Origin: Chrysomallon squamiferum
Taxonomy: Eukaryota > Animalia > Mollusca
Length of the DNA: 64,000 nucleotides
Assembly: GCA_012295275.1 (NCBI GenBank)
Contig: CM022665.1
Span: forward strand, 29,822,001 to 29,886,000
Direction of reading: 5' to 3'
Shown: positions 1-12,040 of the stretch, piece after piece
Numbering within the stretch: position 1 is the first letter of the stretch
Layout: each line of letters begins with the position of its first letter
Position numbers and translations under genes: made by a program
The notes under the pieces: generated by a model
What the model saw: the letters and a program-made list of their open reading frames with translations, nothing else
Told to the model about the DNA's origin: nothing
Databases searched by the model: none

Positions 1-205
1 ATATTGAGTAGTTTAGCAAACAGCTATGAAACGGCATCTCATGTGTATATATGTTTTTATTATTAATGTACGTGTACCGTAACGTTTAAGAAACGCAGAC
101 ACACACACACACACATAACAGCTAATTTTGTATGTGTGTGTGAGAATTAAAATACCAATTCAAATGAGAATGCTATTAAAATACATACACGTGCGGATAA
201 AAAGC

Positions 206-250
<45 letters not shown>

Positions 251-532
251 ATAAAAACAACAAAAAACAACAAAAAAACAACAACAAAAATTATGTATAT
301 ACATTCTCATTCTAACTGGTATCATTTCAGTATATTAAAATAATAATGGTTATATTTCTATTTATTTAATAATTATGAATCAGAACATCCAGTAATAAAT
401 ATGATATAGTATTATAACTGTGATTTGTTTTTTGTGTATTTTTGGTTATAATGATTTCTAATTTGCTTTGGAACTAATAATTCTTGTGCATGTAGCTAGA
501 TAATAATAATCAAAATAATATTAAAAATAATA

Positions 533-576
<44 letters not shown>

Positions 577-660
577 TGTTGTTGTTGTTATTGTTGCTGT
601 CTTTATTATTATTATTACTGTTATTATTATTATTCTTGTTGTTGTATTATTATTATTATA
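533..660. repeat. (TTA)n/(TTG)n microsatellite
   Basis: Visible trinucleotide run; similar runs occur at 982-1039, 5297-5357 and 9480-9545. Confidence 0.95.
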
Positions 661-820
661 ACGTAGGCTCTCAGGTAACCGTTAGTTCTAAAAGTAACCC
701 GTATAAATCGAGGTATAGTTTATCTGGTTTAATATATACATTTTTTACATCAGAACAGATACTAGAGTTTAGGACTTGCAGTTACATCAGCGAGTAAGTT
801 AGTTACTGAAGAGGTCAGTG

Positions 821-963
821 AGACATTTAGAAAACCGGTTTCATTTAAACAAATAATAAATTATTCTTATTTAAGAACTATTTTGTTTTGATATGTCGTT
901 TGTAGGCAACAAAAAAAATCAGTGCACATGAATCTAACACTCTTGAAAGTCGTGAGTTGAGAA
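821..963 (+). repeat. Dispersed repeat copy A (matches 26453-26593)
   Basis: A ~140-bp near-identical match, AGACATTTAGAAAAC...GTCGTTTGTAGGCAACAAAAAAAATCAGTGCACATGAATCTA...GTGAGTTGAGAA. Confidence 0.9.
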
Positions 964-980
964 AACAAACACTTATTATG

Positions 981-1039
<59 letters not shown>

Positions 1040-1837
1040 GATAACACTATCATGTTATGAAGCCTGTACTACTTTGTAGAATAGTCAGAAATGTTCAAAC
1101 AAATTAAAACCAAAATATTCATGAAATACATATATGATCCCCAACAGGACAGTTATCGTTATTATTCCCATCGCTGTTTCTGAACAGAAATTTTTAAAAT
1201 TAAAATAAAAACAAATAAACAGTAAGGGCCCAGATAAACAAACAGCGCAAAGTTAAAACGACTTTTGACAAACCAGCCAGGGCGTCCTGTCTGAAATTAG
1301 AAATAATCCAGTGGATGCATGAAAAAGGATTAATCCTAAGTGCCTTAAGACTTTTGAGATGTTGTTTTTTTTTTCGCTAAGGTAACGTTTTCTTGAAGAC
1401 TATTTAGAAATAAATTATTAATAAGTACAAACACGCGCGAAAGTACACACATACACACACACACAAAACATATGTACACACTGTGCCTAATATTTTTTAA
1501 ATGTTAATTCTTTCACTTCGTTGGCTGATAAAATGTTTTTTTTTTTTTTTTTTTTTTAATTATAATAAATACTTTAAAAAAATAATAATACTTACTGTGG
1601 ACTTCGCGATAAACTGAAGACTAATGTACAGCAAATTCGCGCAATATTCATTTTTTTGAGTGCGTGTGTGATATCTGCTGTCTCATTCCATGAAATATTT
1701 TTATACTACTGGAAAATGTAGTAACGCGTCATTTTAACAACAAACACTGAGAAACTCGAGCTCTGGTATCAAATGACCTGATCTGACGTTCGGAGACAAA
1801 TGATAAAACCCTTGAACCGGACCGAAAACAATCTAAA

Positions 1838-1882
1838 ACACACACACACTCACACTCACACACACACACACTCACACTCACA

Positions 1883-1938
<56 letters not shown>
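1838..1938. repeat. (CA)n/(CACACT)n microsatellite
   Basis: Visible dinucleotide run. Confidence 0.95.
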
Positions 1939-1939
<1 letters not shown>

Positions 1940-3790
1940 TTTTATAGAATAAAGGTTTACAAATATCTTCATGAAAAACATCCAGAAATATCTTGCGGTT
2001 ATTTGCAGTCGTAAAAAAAAAAAATGTTGGAACAACCCACTTGATGTTAAATATGTTGTCATTGGTTAAAAAAATATCATTGGAACAAACGGAAATTGTG
2101 CAAGAACACATTTTAGTGGTGAAATTCGATTTAGCCGGTGAGTACCAAATAAATAAATAATTCTGATCTTGTCCTAATATAGTTAAGTATTTTAAAACAT
2201 AAACTGAAATTTGTCCTCAATGAGTTTGAACTGTCTGCGGTTTGAAGTAGTAAGTAAACAAACAATAAGACAACTTAATAAAATTTCACTATCTCTATGT
2301 CAAACATATACAAAAAACACGAAATAAAAAAGTATCTACTTGCTCTTTTTTTTTTTTTTTACTCTCTTTCCCCCCCCCCCGACAGTTTATCAGTAAAGCA
2401 TAATTTCAAATAATGATTATAATTTGTTTTGGTAGATATTAATTTATATCTACTTTAATACATACACAAACGAACAAATAAACACACACAAACAAACACA
2501 TATACACACACACACTTTACTAGTAAAAATTGCAGAAATAATATTCTTAGGATGTTTGTTATTTTGTTGTTTTTTATTTCATATGTGTGTGAGTACATAT
2601 ATACATACATACATTCCAGCATGTAACGTTACCTCACCTTACATTATGAGAACGTACAAAAGACAGTGTTCACAAGCTGTCAAACTGAGTAACAAAGTAA
2701 TTTATTATCGGGTGTGTCTCTGATATTTTATGGCAAAGAAGATTTCATTCTCATGACCCAGATAAAACTTGGAAATTGCTTGCATTTTTGTAAAACTAGT
2801 TCGCGTTAGATAGTTTTGATTTTAATCTACGATGGTGACCGATAAAATGATTATTAGTATCGCCATAAAAGTAGTAGTAGAAAATGAATATTTAAATGAA
2901 ATAAATTAAATTAAATTAACAAATAAACAAAACTAAAACAAAAACAATGTATGGACAAGTGCATTTGTAAGATAAGTAAATATTCAAATCAAAAACTAAC
3001 CCGAATAAAACCGTATATGTTTTTCTTGACTTTCCAGTAAATAAAATATGTTTTAGTTCATCTAATGTCCAACGACAGTTGCTTGATGAAAGAGGAGTTA
3101 TTAAGTGCTAGAACATAGCAGGCGTGTTCGTGATTTTCCTTTCATATTTTGTGATCAAAGCTATTATAAATATACAATTGTAGTTCTATCACGTGCCAAC
3201 ATGAAATGTAAAATTTTGTGTTTTGTGTTTTTCATTATATTTTATACAATGCAATATGACATCATAATAATAATGATGATGATGATGATGATGATGATAA
3301 CTTCTACAGCAACAACAACAATAACTGCAATAAATAATTAATTAATAATGCATCTGTCGTACCATGGGATTTATTAAAAATTCTAAATTACGTCGATTAA
3401 TATTGATTTCCAAAAACAATTGTTTTAAAATCCGATTCTATAAAATTTAAAGTAGACATATCTTCATTTTATTTTATTCTAGATAATAATTTTTAAATAA
3501 CATCTGCCTATTTTGATATGTCATGTGATGCGATGAAAAACCCCATTCAAATCCACTTACATCTTATCCTGAAAACTGTACTAACTACAAAAGAAGTAAA
3601 ACGAAAAGTCAAGTGACACTATCACTTTTTCCTCACGCAGTTTTCCTGTTACGTATCTCACTTTTCAAAATCTCAGTTTCATACAGTTAAATATCAGCAA
3701 TACAAAGTAATGCAAATTACAACATAATAACACCATTATAAAAAAAATTACTATCAATTAGTCGGAACGGAACTTTCTGTATTATTATCT

Positions 3791-3824
<34 letters not shown>

Positions 3825-3969
3825 AAGAAGTTAGTGTTTATAAATATCACATTTTATAGATGTTCTGTTGACCCAGATATAACAATAAAAATTGCCTGCG
3901 TGATTTATAAAACTAGTTCATATCCAAAGTTCGCTGTTAACCTGACCTGAGTGATTGACGATAAGATTA

Positions 3970-4160
3970 TTAGTATATTTAGTATGTTAGTAGTAGTAGT
4001 ACGAGCAGTAATATCAGTACTAGTAATAGCAGTCGCAGCAGCAGCAGCAATAATAGCAGTAGTAGTTGTAGTATCAGTAATAGTAATAGTATTGGTTGAT
4101 TTTGTTGTAGAATTAACTGTTGTAGTAATATTAATGGCAATGGTTGTAACAGATAGTTGT
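3970..4160. repeat. Degenerate (TAG/CAG)n low-complexity tract
   Basis: A tagtagtag...gcagcagca...gtagtagttgtag pattern, which produces the spurious poly-V/T/L ORFs. Confidence 0.85.
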
Positions 4161-4404
4161 AACAAAATGTATTTATTTTATTTTTATTATTATTATTTTT
4201 TGTTTTTTTTACATTATACGTCATTATGTACTGCAGAGAGTGTTATCTTAAATCCCTGTCAAAACTGTAAAATAAACATACAATTGTCCAGCAAATTTAC
4301 TGCAGAGCTTACTTTTCATTTATACTGAATCGTAAGCTGTTTCTGAGAAGATAAACAAAAGTGCAATAGTGCCAATGAACAGTACAGAGAAGTATTATGA
4401 AACA

Positions 4405-4436
<32 letters not shown>

Positions 4437-4957
4437 ATTTTTTTTCGAAAACTAGCGACCCACGACCGGTCTATCAATGCCATTGACACGTCTTCGATAA
4501 CTTGAAAATAAAATATTCCTTCTTGCTAATTGATAACAATAGTCCCGAGAGTGTGAAGACAATAGGTTTTATCTCTTACAATATATTATGCAAAGAACTT
4601 ATGGTTTGTGTTAACCGTTAATATTAAAATGTCGCTACGTCAGTACATTAGGCTGGCGAGACATCCTGTGCACTCTGTCGTCTGTCTTGCGCCTATTCAA
4701 GCAGGTTGTTAATTTGTCCCTTAGTTGACCTGTTGTTCCCGCAGGCGTAAAAATGAATAATAGTTTATTTTAGTTCTTTATTTATACTGCATGAATACAT
4801 GTATCCTGATAGCGTTTAAAACGAAATATTTAAAAAAATTAAAAAAGTAAAAAAAAGTAAAAGGAAATTTTATATTTCATCGCATCATTACGTATGCTTG
4901 ATTTAAGTTACAAAAATGAGTCTTAAAAGTTTTTAAAATGTCCTTTTTAGAAATATG

Positions 4958-5067
4958 GAAATAGCCACCCTAAGAAATAAAATAAAATAAATAAATAAAT
5001 AAATGAAAAATACGATATATATATATATATATTATCGTATTATTTGTTTTGTAGGGTGGCCATTTTC
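4958..5067. repeat. ~110-bp imperfect palindrome centred on a (TA)n tract
   Basis: GAAATAGCCACCCTAAGAAATAAAATA ... TACGAT(AT)nTATCGTA ... TATTTGTTTTGTAGGGTGGCCATTTTC. Confidence 0.7.
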
Positions 5068-5294
5068 ACACACACACATATATATGATGTTTGGTTTTTT
5101 GTTGTTTGTTTGTTTGTTTTTGTTACTGTTGTTGTTTCACTTTTTCACATGTAAGTACTGGTAACTTAATACAATTAATTATAAGATTGAAAGATAATTG
5201 GCATCATAGTCGAAATTTTATTTTTCATTGTTATTATATTTTAGTTATATCTAAACTTAATCTTGAAGTATTAGTTGAACTAAATGAACTTGAA

Positions 5295-5358
<64 letters not shown>

Positions 5359-5492
5359 TCTAAATATAACTAATAAAAATAGTTTCACAATATTAATAGA
5401 TGAACTGTTATTTCATTATCTTAATCTAACGTATTAATGTAGTCGGGGAGTTTGGGGGGGTACCATACCCCTCTAATCTATCAGCACATATA

Positions 5493-5960
5493 CAGTAGTC
5501 AAATAAACACATAGATAATATAATGTTAAAACCCGATACAATAGTCAAGTAAACTCACAAACAATATCATTTTAAAACCTGATGCAATAGTCAAGTAAAC
5601 TCACAAACAATATCATTTTAAAACCTGATACAATAGTCAAGTAAACTCACAAACAATATCATTTTAAAACCTGATGCAATAGTCAAGTAAACTCACAGTA
5701 TAATTTTAAAACCTGACACAATAGTCAAGTAAATTCACAGACAGTATAATTTTAAAACCTGATACAATAGTCAAGTAAATTCACAGACAGTATAATTTCA
5801 AAACCTGATACAATAGTCAAGTAAATTCACAGACAGTATAATTTCAAAACCTGATGCGGCAACAAGTAAACACACAGTATAATTTTTAAACCTGATCCAA
5901 CAGTAAAGTAGAACGTGATACGACAGTCGAGTAAATACAGTGAAAATACTATTTTAAAAT
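5493..5960. repeat. Minisatellite, ~46-bp unit, about 10 copies
   Basis: Head-to-tail units CAATAGTCAAGTAAA(C/T)TCACA(A/G)ACA(A/G)TAT(C/A)ATTT(T/C)AAAACCTGAT(A/G), degenerate at both edges, with no unique spacers. Confidence 0.95.
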
Positions 5961-7398
5961 TTCATATGTAATCACACCTTAAATATTCTCCTGCATTTAA
6001 CACAGTGATGCTTAACGTTAACTGTTCATGTGTCATTTATAATCTTTATTAAAACAGTAATTTTAAATATTTGCTATATTAAACAATTTAACGAAACGTA
6101 CCTGAATTTTTTGTTGATGCGTGTATCGGAAGTGAAAACGCCTTGTCTTCTTCAGTATCGTGTCCGCGGCGTGTTCTGTAATACAAAAGATTGTCCAAGC
6201 GTGAAAAATGTTTTTCCCATTCTTTCTTGCTTGCTTTTATTAAAGCTTTTACCTGTACAGTTACTTGGCTAGAGGCCACACTCACCAGTATCGATTGACT
6301 AGTGCAGTAACTAAGAAGATGTAATAAAGGAAATTAATGGAATCGTCATCTCTAAGCACAGTTTATCACGCGAGTGTGACGGTGGTTATTGAGTTTATTA
6401 CAGGTGTTGTGAGTGGCCGGAGAAAGAGAATAATTGAATTGCTAACCATGACAGGTTTGAAAAAACCCACAAAAAAAACAAAAACACTTGTTACACAGTT
6501 ATGTTTAGTGCTTACGGTGTTCACGCACAGTAATGACACGTTGTATAAATAGACAAGCATTGTAGTTAGACAATATATGTAATTAAGACAATTACTACGA
6601 ATGCAGGCTAGATGAACGTGGGGAATGTGTTGTTGTTCTAGCGTTGCGGATATATTTTTTTATTATTAATATTTTTTTTAACTTTTTAGGGATGTATTGT
6701 CAATGTTGTGTTATAACGACTATCCCTTATCCAGACTTCACTGTCTATATTTATAAGAGAATTAAAATTTTGTAATGTACATATTTTATAAATAATTCTT
6801 TATTCATGAAAAGGTCGAGCAATGAAATGTTCACCTGTGTATGCTTAACGTCGATCGTTCCGGATAATTAACGTGACAGGTGACCTTTCACTTTAAAATG
6901 AAACAGGTTTAACGTGATCTGTTTTTGAATTCGAAGTTCATTAATGTCTGTTCGTCTTTACGTACGAAATACAAGTAAAATATAGAAATAACCAAACTGA
7001 AATAGCTAAGTATGGATTATATAATTGCTTAAAATAGACATACTTTACAACAACTCTGGTCATAATGTTAAAACGTGCCAAAATAAAACAAAGTAACTGA
7101 ATAACATTGTAATATTAGAAGAGTTTCTTCTCAGATATGTTTATTTTATTATTAAATTTTTAATTATTTATTTATTTATTTATTTTATTTTATTTTATTT
7201 TATTTTATTTTATTTTATTATTAATATATTTTTAAAAATTTTGATGTTGTTAGTTGGCAGAATATAACTGTTAATATTAAAATGTGTTAAATATTCGCTG
7301 ACTTACTCATTTATTATTTCAGTATGATTCTCCGTTATTCCGGTTTGTTTTATTATTACTTTATTTTATTATTTTTATTTTTATTTATTTTGTTTTAA

Positions 7399-7429
<31 letters not shown>

Positions 7430-9498
7430 TTTTTTTTTGCTTTTTTTACTTTTTTAATATATATTTGTAGGAATATTTTATATGTGTTGTGGATGTCGTG
7501 TATTATAGATTTTACGATTAACAGCTATTGAAAAAAACACCAAAACTATCCAATTTTTATGACTTAAAACATAGTCATTAAACTATTCATATATTTTAAA
7601 TTATAAATGATATACCTTTAAATGCAAATGAATAAATGTTTAACGACATTCTAGCACGAAAAACATATGGGCTATTGAGAGTCAAACCAAAGGTAAATAC
7701 AACAATTTATTAACAAATATCGATTTATCTTCATTACTTCTATTATCTCTAATGAATATATATTTTGATAAGAATTCTGTAGCGTAGATAGATATCTTCT
7801 TCAATCGATGGTTAGCGAACGTATTTTTTTACAAATGGCTGCGCAGGTGAAATAATGTCATCAACTCGAACTTTAAAAAAACAACAAAACATTATAGAAT
7901 ATTATAAATAAAACTGTTGTCATAATTCTATGAAAAAATGTATTTCACACTTACCGTATTTATAGATAATTTGCGAAAACAAATGATTGTCACAGCAGCG
8001 TGTGTTTCCATGGAATATTACATTTTTATCGTAAGCACTGATGTGAATACCGATTGTTAATAAACAAGCTTTGTCAAAATCCAGGTAACTCAATACATTC
8101 TGATGTTACAAATCGATATTCGCATCCGTTTACAACATACCTGCTTAGCAACATACATTATAAATAGAACTGTCAGACTGTTCGTTTTTACTTATTTATA
8201 TAAAATGCAACTGTGTAAAATAACAGTCTGAATATTGACAAAACAACAACAGAAGTGTAGGAACAACAGTACTAATGATCCGCATACTAAAATAATAGTA
8301 GTTTAAAATTTGTTCTTATTTGTTTTATAATTCATTTTATTTTGTTTTTATGATTAATCAGCCAACAAATACATGCTGTAATATAAATTTCCATGGTACG
8401 TATGCATGTGTGTGTGTGTGTGTGTGTGTGTGTTTGAGGTTTTGAAAGTGTGTATATGTGTGTGCGTGCTTCTGTGAGTATATGAGCGTTTGTCCATGCG
8501 AAATAAAAACGTGTAGGTCGGTGGCAGAGTTGAGCGTTTACCTATGGAAAATTGCTTAGTTCCAGTTCCAGCCAGTTTCATTAATAAGTATTTAAACAAG
8601 CATTGTCTGAGCTGTTCCCGGCATGGGAACTTTATTTTATTCGGCGACAACACGCCCTCTGTTAAAAAAAAAAAATTCTGTCTGTCTGTTCTCTTCCTTT
8701 TCAAGAATGAACAGATGCAATATTAATTTTCGTTTTACTATTTATTTCCAGAACAGCAGGTGATAAGGTAATGAGAATAAAGTTCGTATATGGCTGAGAA
8801 TTTTGTCTCTAGTAATTAAAACAATGAATATCTAAACGTCTAGAAGTAAGGTTCGAGCTGCGTTGACAAAAAACGCGAGTCCCTTTTAAAAAAAATTCTG
8901 AATAAAAGAATTTTTTTGTTTGTTTGTTGTTTTTTTGCTGTTTTTTTTGGGGGGGGCGTTTGTCATGGGAGAACTGTGGAACGATTTGAGAGGAATTGTC
9001 GCTGTCCACTGAACTTAGTGTTCGAGTTCAAGTTGGACCTAGGTAACAACTTATATAAATCTTTGCTGTTCTTCTTGTATAACTTGTGTTTGTTGTATTT
9101 CTAGTGAACAAAAACGTGCTTCTGTATCTCTCTATATATTTATACATACATAGATGCTATATCGGATATCCCTAATGCCAAGCCAACTCGGGTAGTGACG
9201 AGCCCAAAACAGCTACGTATATGTTTACAGCTGAATGGAATCCCCGTGACAATAGCGGTATAAGCAGTTTTGAATTTCAAAAGTAAAGCGATATAATTCG
9301 TTCGTGATTTTTCGCACAATAGGCACAATAGGCACCTGCGGTATATTGTCCATGACCAAACATAAATATACTATTAAAAAATACATATATATTAATAATA
9401 ATAGTAACTTTCGTGACGTTTTAAAAATAAGCTGACAATAAATGAACAAAACCTGTTATCAATGTAGACATAAATTAGTAATAATAATAATAATAATA

Positions 9499-9545
<47 letters not shown>

Positions 9546-11099
9546 GGAATCTGAATGAAATTAATCACATATAAATTCAGTTAAAATTTATAAAATGTTA
9601 GTTCATAGAAAGATTATATCCATATCGCAAAAAGAAATCAACAATAAAACATCCCATAATTCTTAGAAATTCTTATAAATATCTAGTTTAAGATAGTTCT
9701 ACAGTTTTAGACCCACGCACACACACACACACGCACAGAAACATAAAATAAAATAAAATAAAATAAAACAAGTTAATCAGAATAGAAACTTTAAAATGTT
9801 CTCTTTTAACTATTTGGTGTTTAAGAATGGATTAAAAAATAATAGTTATGCAAGATAGTTTTTCCCTTTCAGTTAATATCTCGTGGTTGGCTTATCATCA
9901 TAAAAATATATGCTTTCTTATAATTATGTAAAAAGATTTAGGCTTATGTTAAAGATCCCTCGTTACAAATGGCAGCTGCCCAGAAAGTTGATAAAGAACT
10001 GTTATTGTTGTTTTCAGAACAATAAGAAACTAATATCGGTGATTTCACTCGATCATAATGAAAGTGAGCTACAATTTGCCAGCAACCGATAGTCCTTATT
10101 TGTTTCTTCTTCTTTTTTTTTTTTAATTTTTCTTTGACTCTAACAAAATCTCTTCTTTTTTATCCCCATTATATTCAAAATATGAGGTCTGCTTTCATTT
10201 CAGTTTTCAATTTTATAGATTACTGTACTGCATAAAATAATATGATATGGTACACTATAACTCTAGATGTTATTATTCAGCAGATCACAAGGTATAATTA
10301 TATTTATTCATTTCGTGTATGACTGCTATAAACTACTGTTGTATTACTCATTATCCCATGCATATTGATTATGTAGGATTAATCTTAGTAGAATTAAAAT
10401 TTAATATATTTCAAGTTAATTATTAAAAACAAGATATACAAACTTAAACTCATAATTTTTAAACAAAGGTCATAGTACAGCAGCAAGCAATAATTAAATA
10501 ACTGCTGTTCCTGGACGAGTTACTGTTCGTTTTTCCATCAAAGGGAAGAGTACTCTGGATTTCTGTGGAATCCGTTTGTTGAATTTTAAAATCAGGTCAA
10601 ATTTACTTATTTTGTTAAAGTTCCGAATTGAATAATTTCAGTGTTATGATATAAATGTTTTTCGAGAATTAACTGTGTGATGCTTCTTTTAATATATTTG
10701 ATCTTGAACTATCCATGAACGACAGTCATGTTTATTTTATCATTATGATTAACGGTTATTGTTTTGCTAATTTAGTAATTACTATGATTTATAAATCTAA
10801 GAATTATAGCTCATGGAGCTGTAAATGCCAAGCTTTTAAAAGGTAAAAGATACAATCCTAGATACAGACACTAAGTTAGGAGACATATACAAATAAGGCG
10901 AGTTTGCAGCAAATAATAATTTAATCGTTATGGTCACAGTGATGGTGACATAAACATATCGTTATTATGTTTATTACAAAACTTTGTTTTTATTATTCCT
11001 GTTGAGAAGTTGTTTTGAGAATTGAGTCATATTAGTGTCAGTGGACAAACAAAGCATGCATATATTTTACTTTTATTTTTATTTTTTTCTCTCTCTTAC

Positions 11100-11135
<36 letters not shown>

Positions 11136-11524
11136 AGTTACATTCTGTACATTTTTCAAATTTTAAGATTATTTTTTTTCAATTATTATTATTTTTATTT
11201 TTATTTTTTTTCTAAAGATACATAAATAATAATTTAATTATCTCAAACACACATACCATAAACACTGTTCAGCTGTTACATTTATCTGACATATCTGAAT
11301 TTATACATTGTTTTTGACTGGAGAGGAAAGTTGGGGATATTAGTATGCAAATGTTTTTCCTCTTATTTATTTTTTAATTATAATTGTTGGTTTCTTTTGG
11401 GGTTTTTTAAAGGTTTTTTTTTCAATCTGTTTTTTTTAATTTGTTTTGGGGTTTTTAATATAATTTTTTAATTTAATTATTATGTTTTTTTGTTTTTTTA
11501 GGAAATTAGAAGCATTCAACAAAT

Positions 11525-12040
11525 ATGACAATGACAAGACAAGATGTTCAACCACTGTCCTCCCTAGGACGTTTCTATATTTATGCTATTCATGGATATG
11601 CGACAGAGGTTATGTTTACTGCGCTTTGGGAATTTGTTGTTAATCAGAATTGGAAGTTTCCAGGTATAACAAGTATCTGGGCATTTCCAATTTATGGACT
11701 CTCAATGTTTGTTGTAGAACAATTATACCTTCACATGAAAGACAGGATCCACCTGTTTGGAAGAGCTGCAGTGTACATGGTTTGGACATATCTCTGGGAA
11801 TTCAGTTCTGGTTACATTCTGAAGAAATTTGATGCTTGTCCATGGGATTATTCTCCATTTGAAGGAGACTTCATGGGTCTGATAACATTGGAATATGCTC
11901 CCCTGTGGTTTGTAGGAGGAATTGTAGTGGAAAGATTTGTCATCCGTTATACGCGTCAGATGTACTGGGGACCCCCTGTTGAAGAAGTGCCCATGATGTC
12001 ACAACTGCTGAATGGAGATGTCAAGTCAAAGAGTTACTGA
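11525..12040 (+). CDS. TMEM229B: Transmembrane protein 229B-like, 171 aa, single coding exon
   Basis: The ORF carries TMEM229-type motifs (RFYIYAIHGYATEVMFTALWEF, WKFPGITSIWAFPIYG, CPWDYSPFEGDFMGLITLEYAPLWF). It is preceded by a polypyrimidine tract and AG acceptor ending at 11501, so the 5' UTR is spliced. Confidence 0.9.
   Translation: MTMTRQDVQPLSSLGRFYIYAIHGYATEVMFTALWEFVVNQNWKFPGITSIWAFPIYGLSMFVVEQLYLHMKDRIHLFGRAAVYMVWTYLWEFSSGYILKKFDACPWDYSPFEGDFMGLITLEYAPLWFVGGIVVERFVIRYTRQMYWGPPVEEVPMMSQLLNGDVKSKSY

Noticed and set aside
579-4328. Poly-L, poly-CV, poly-M, poly-T and poly-V ORFs in the ORF track
   Set aside because: These are translations of (TTA)n, (CA)n, (GAT)n and (TAG)n microsatellites.
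5493-5960. CRISPR-like array
   Set aside because: The units are contiguous with no unique spacers, there are no cas genes, and the context is eukaryotic. It is a minisatellite.
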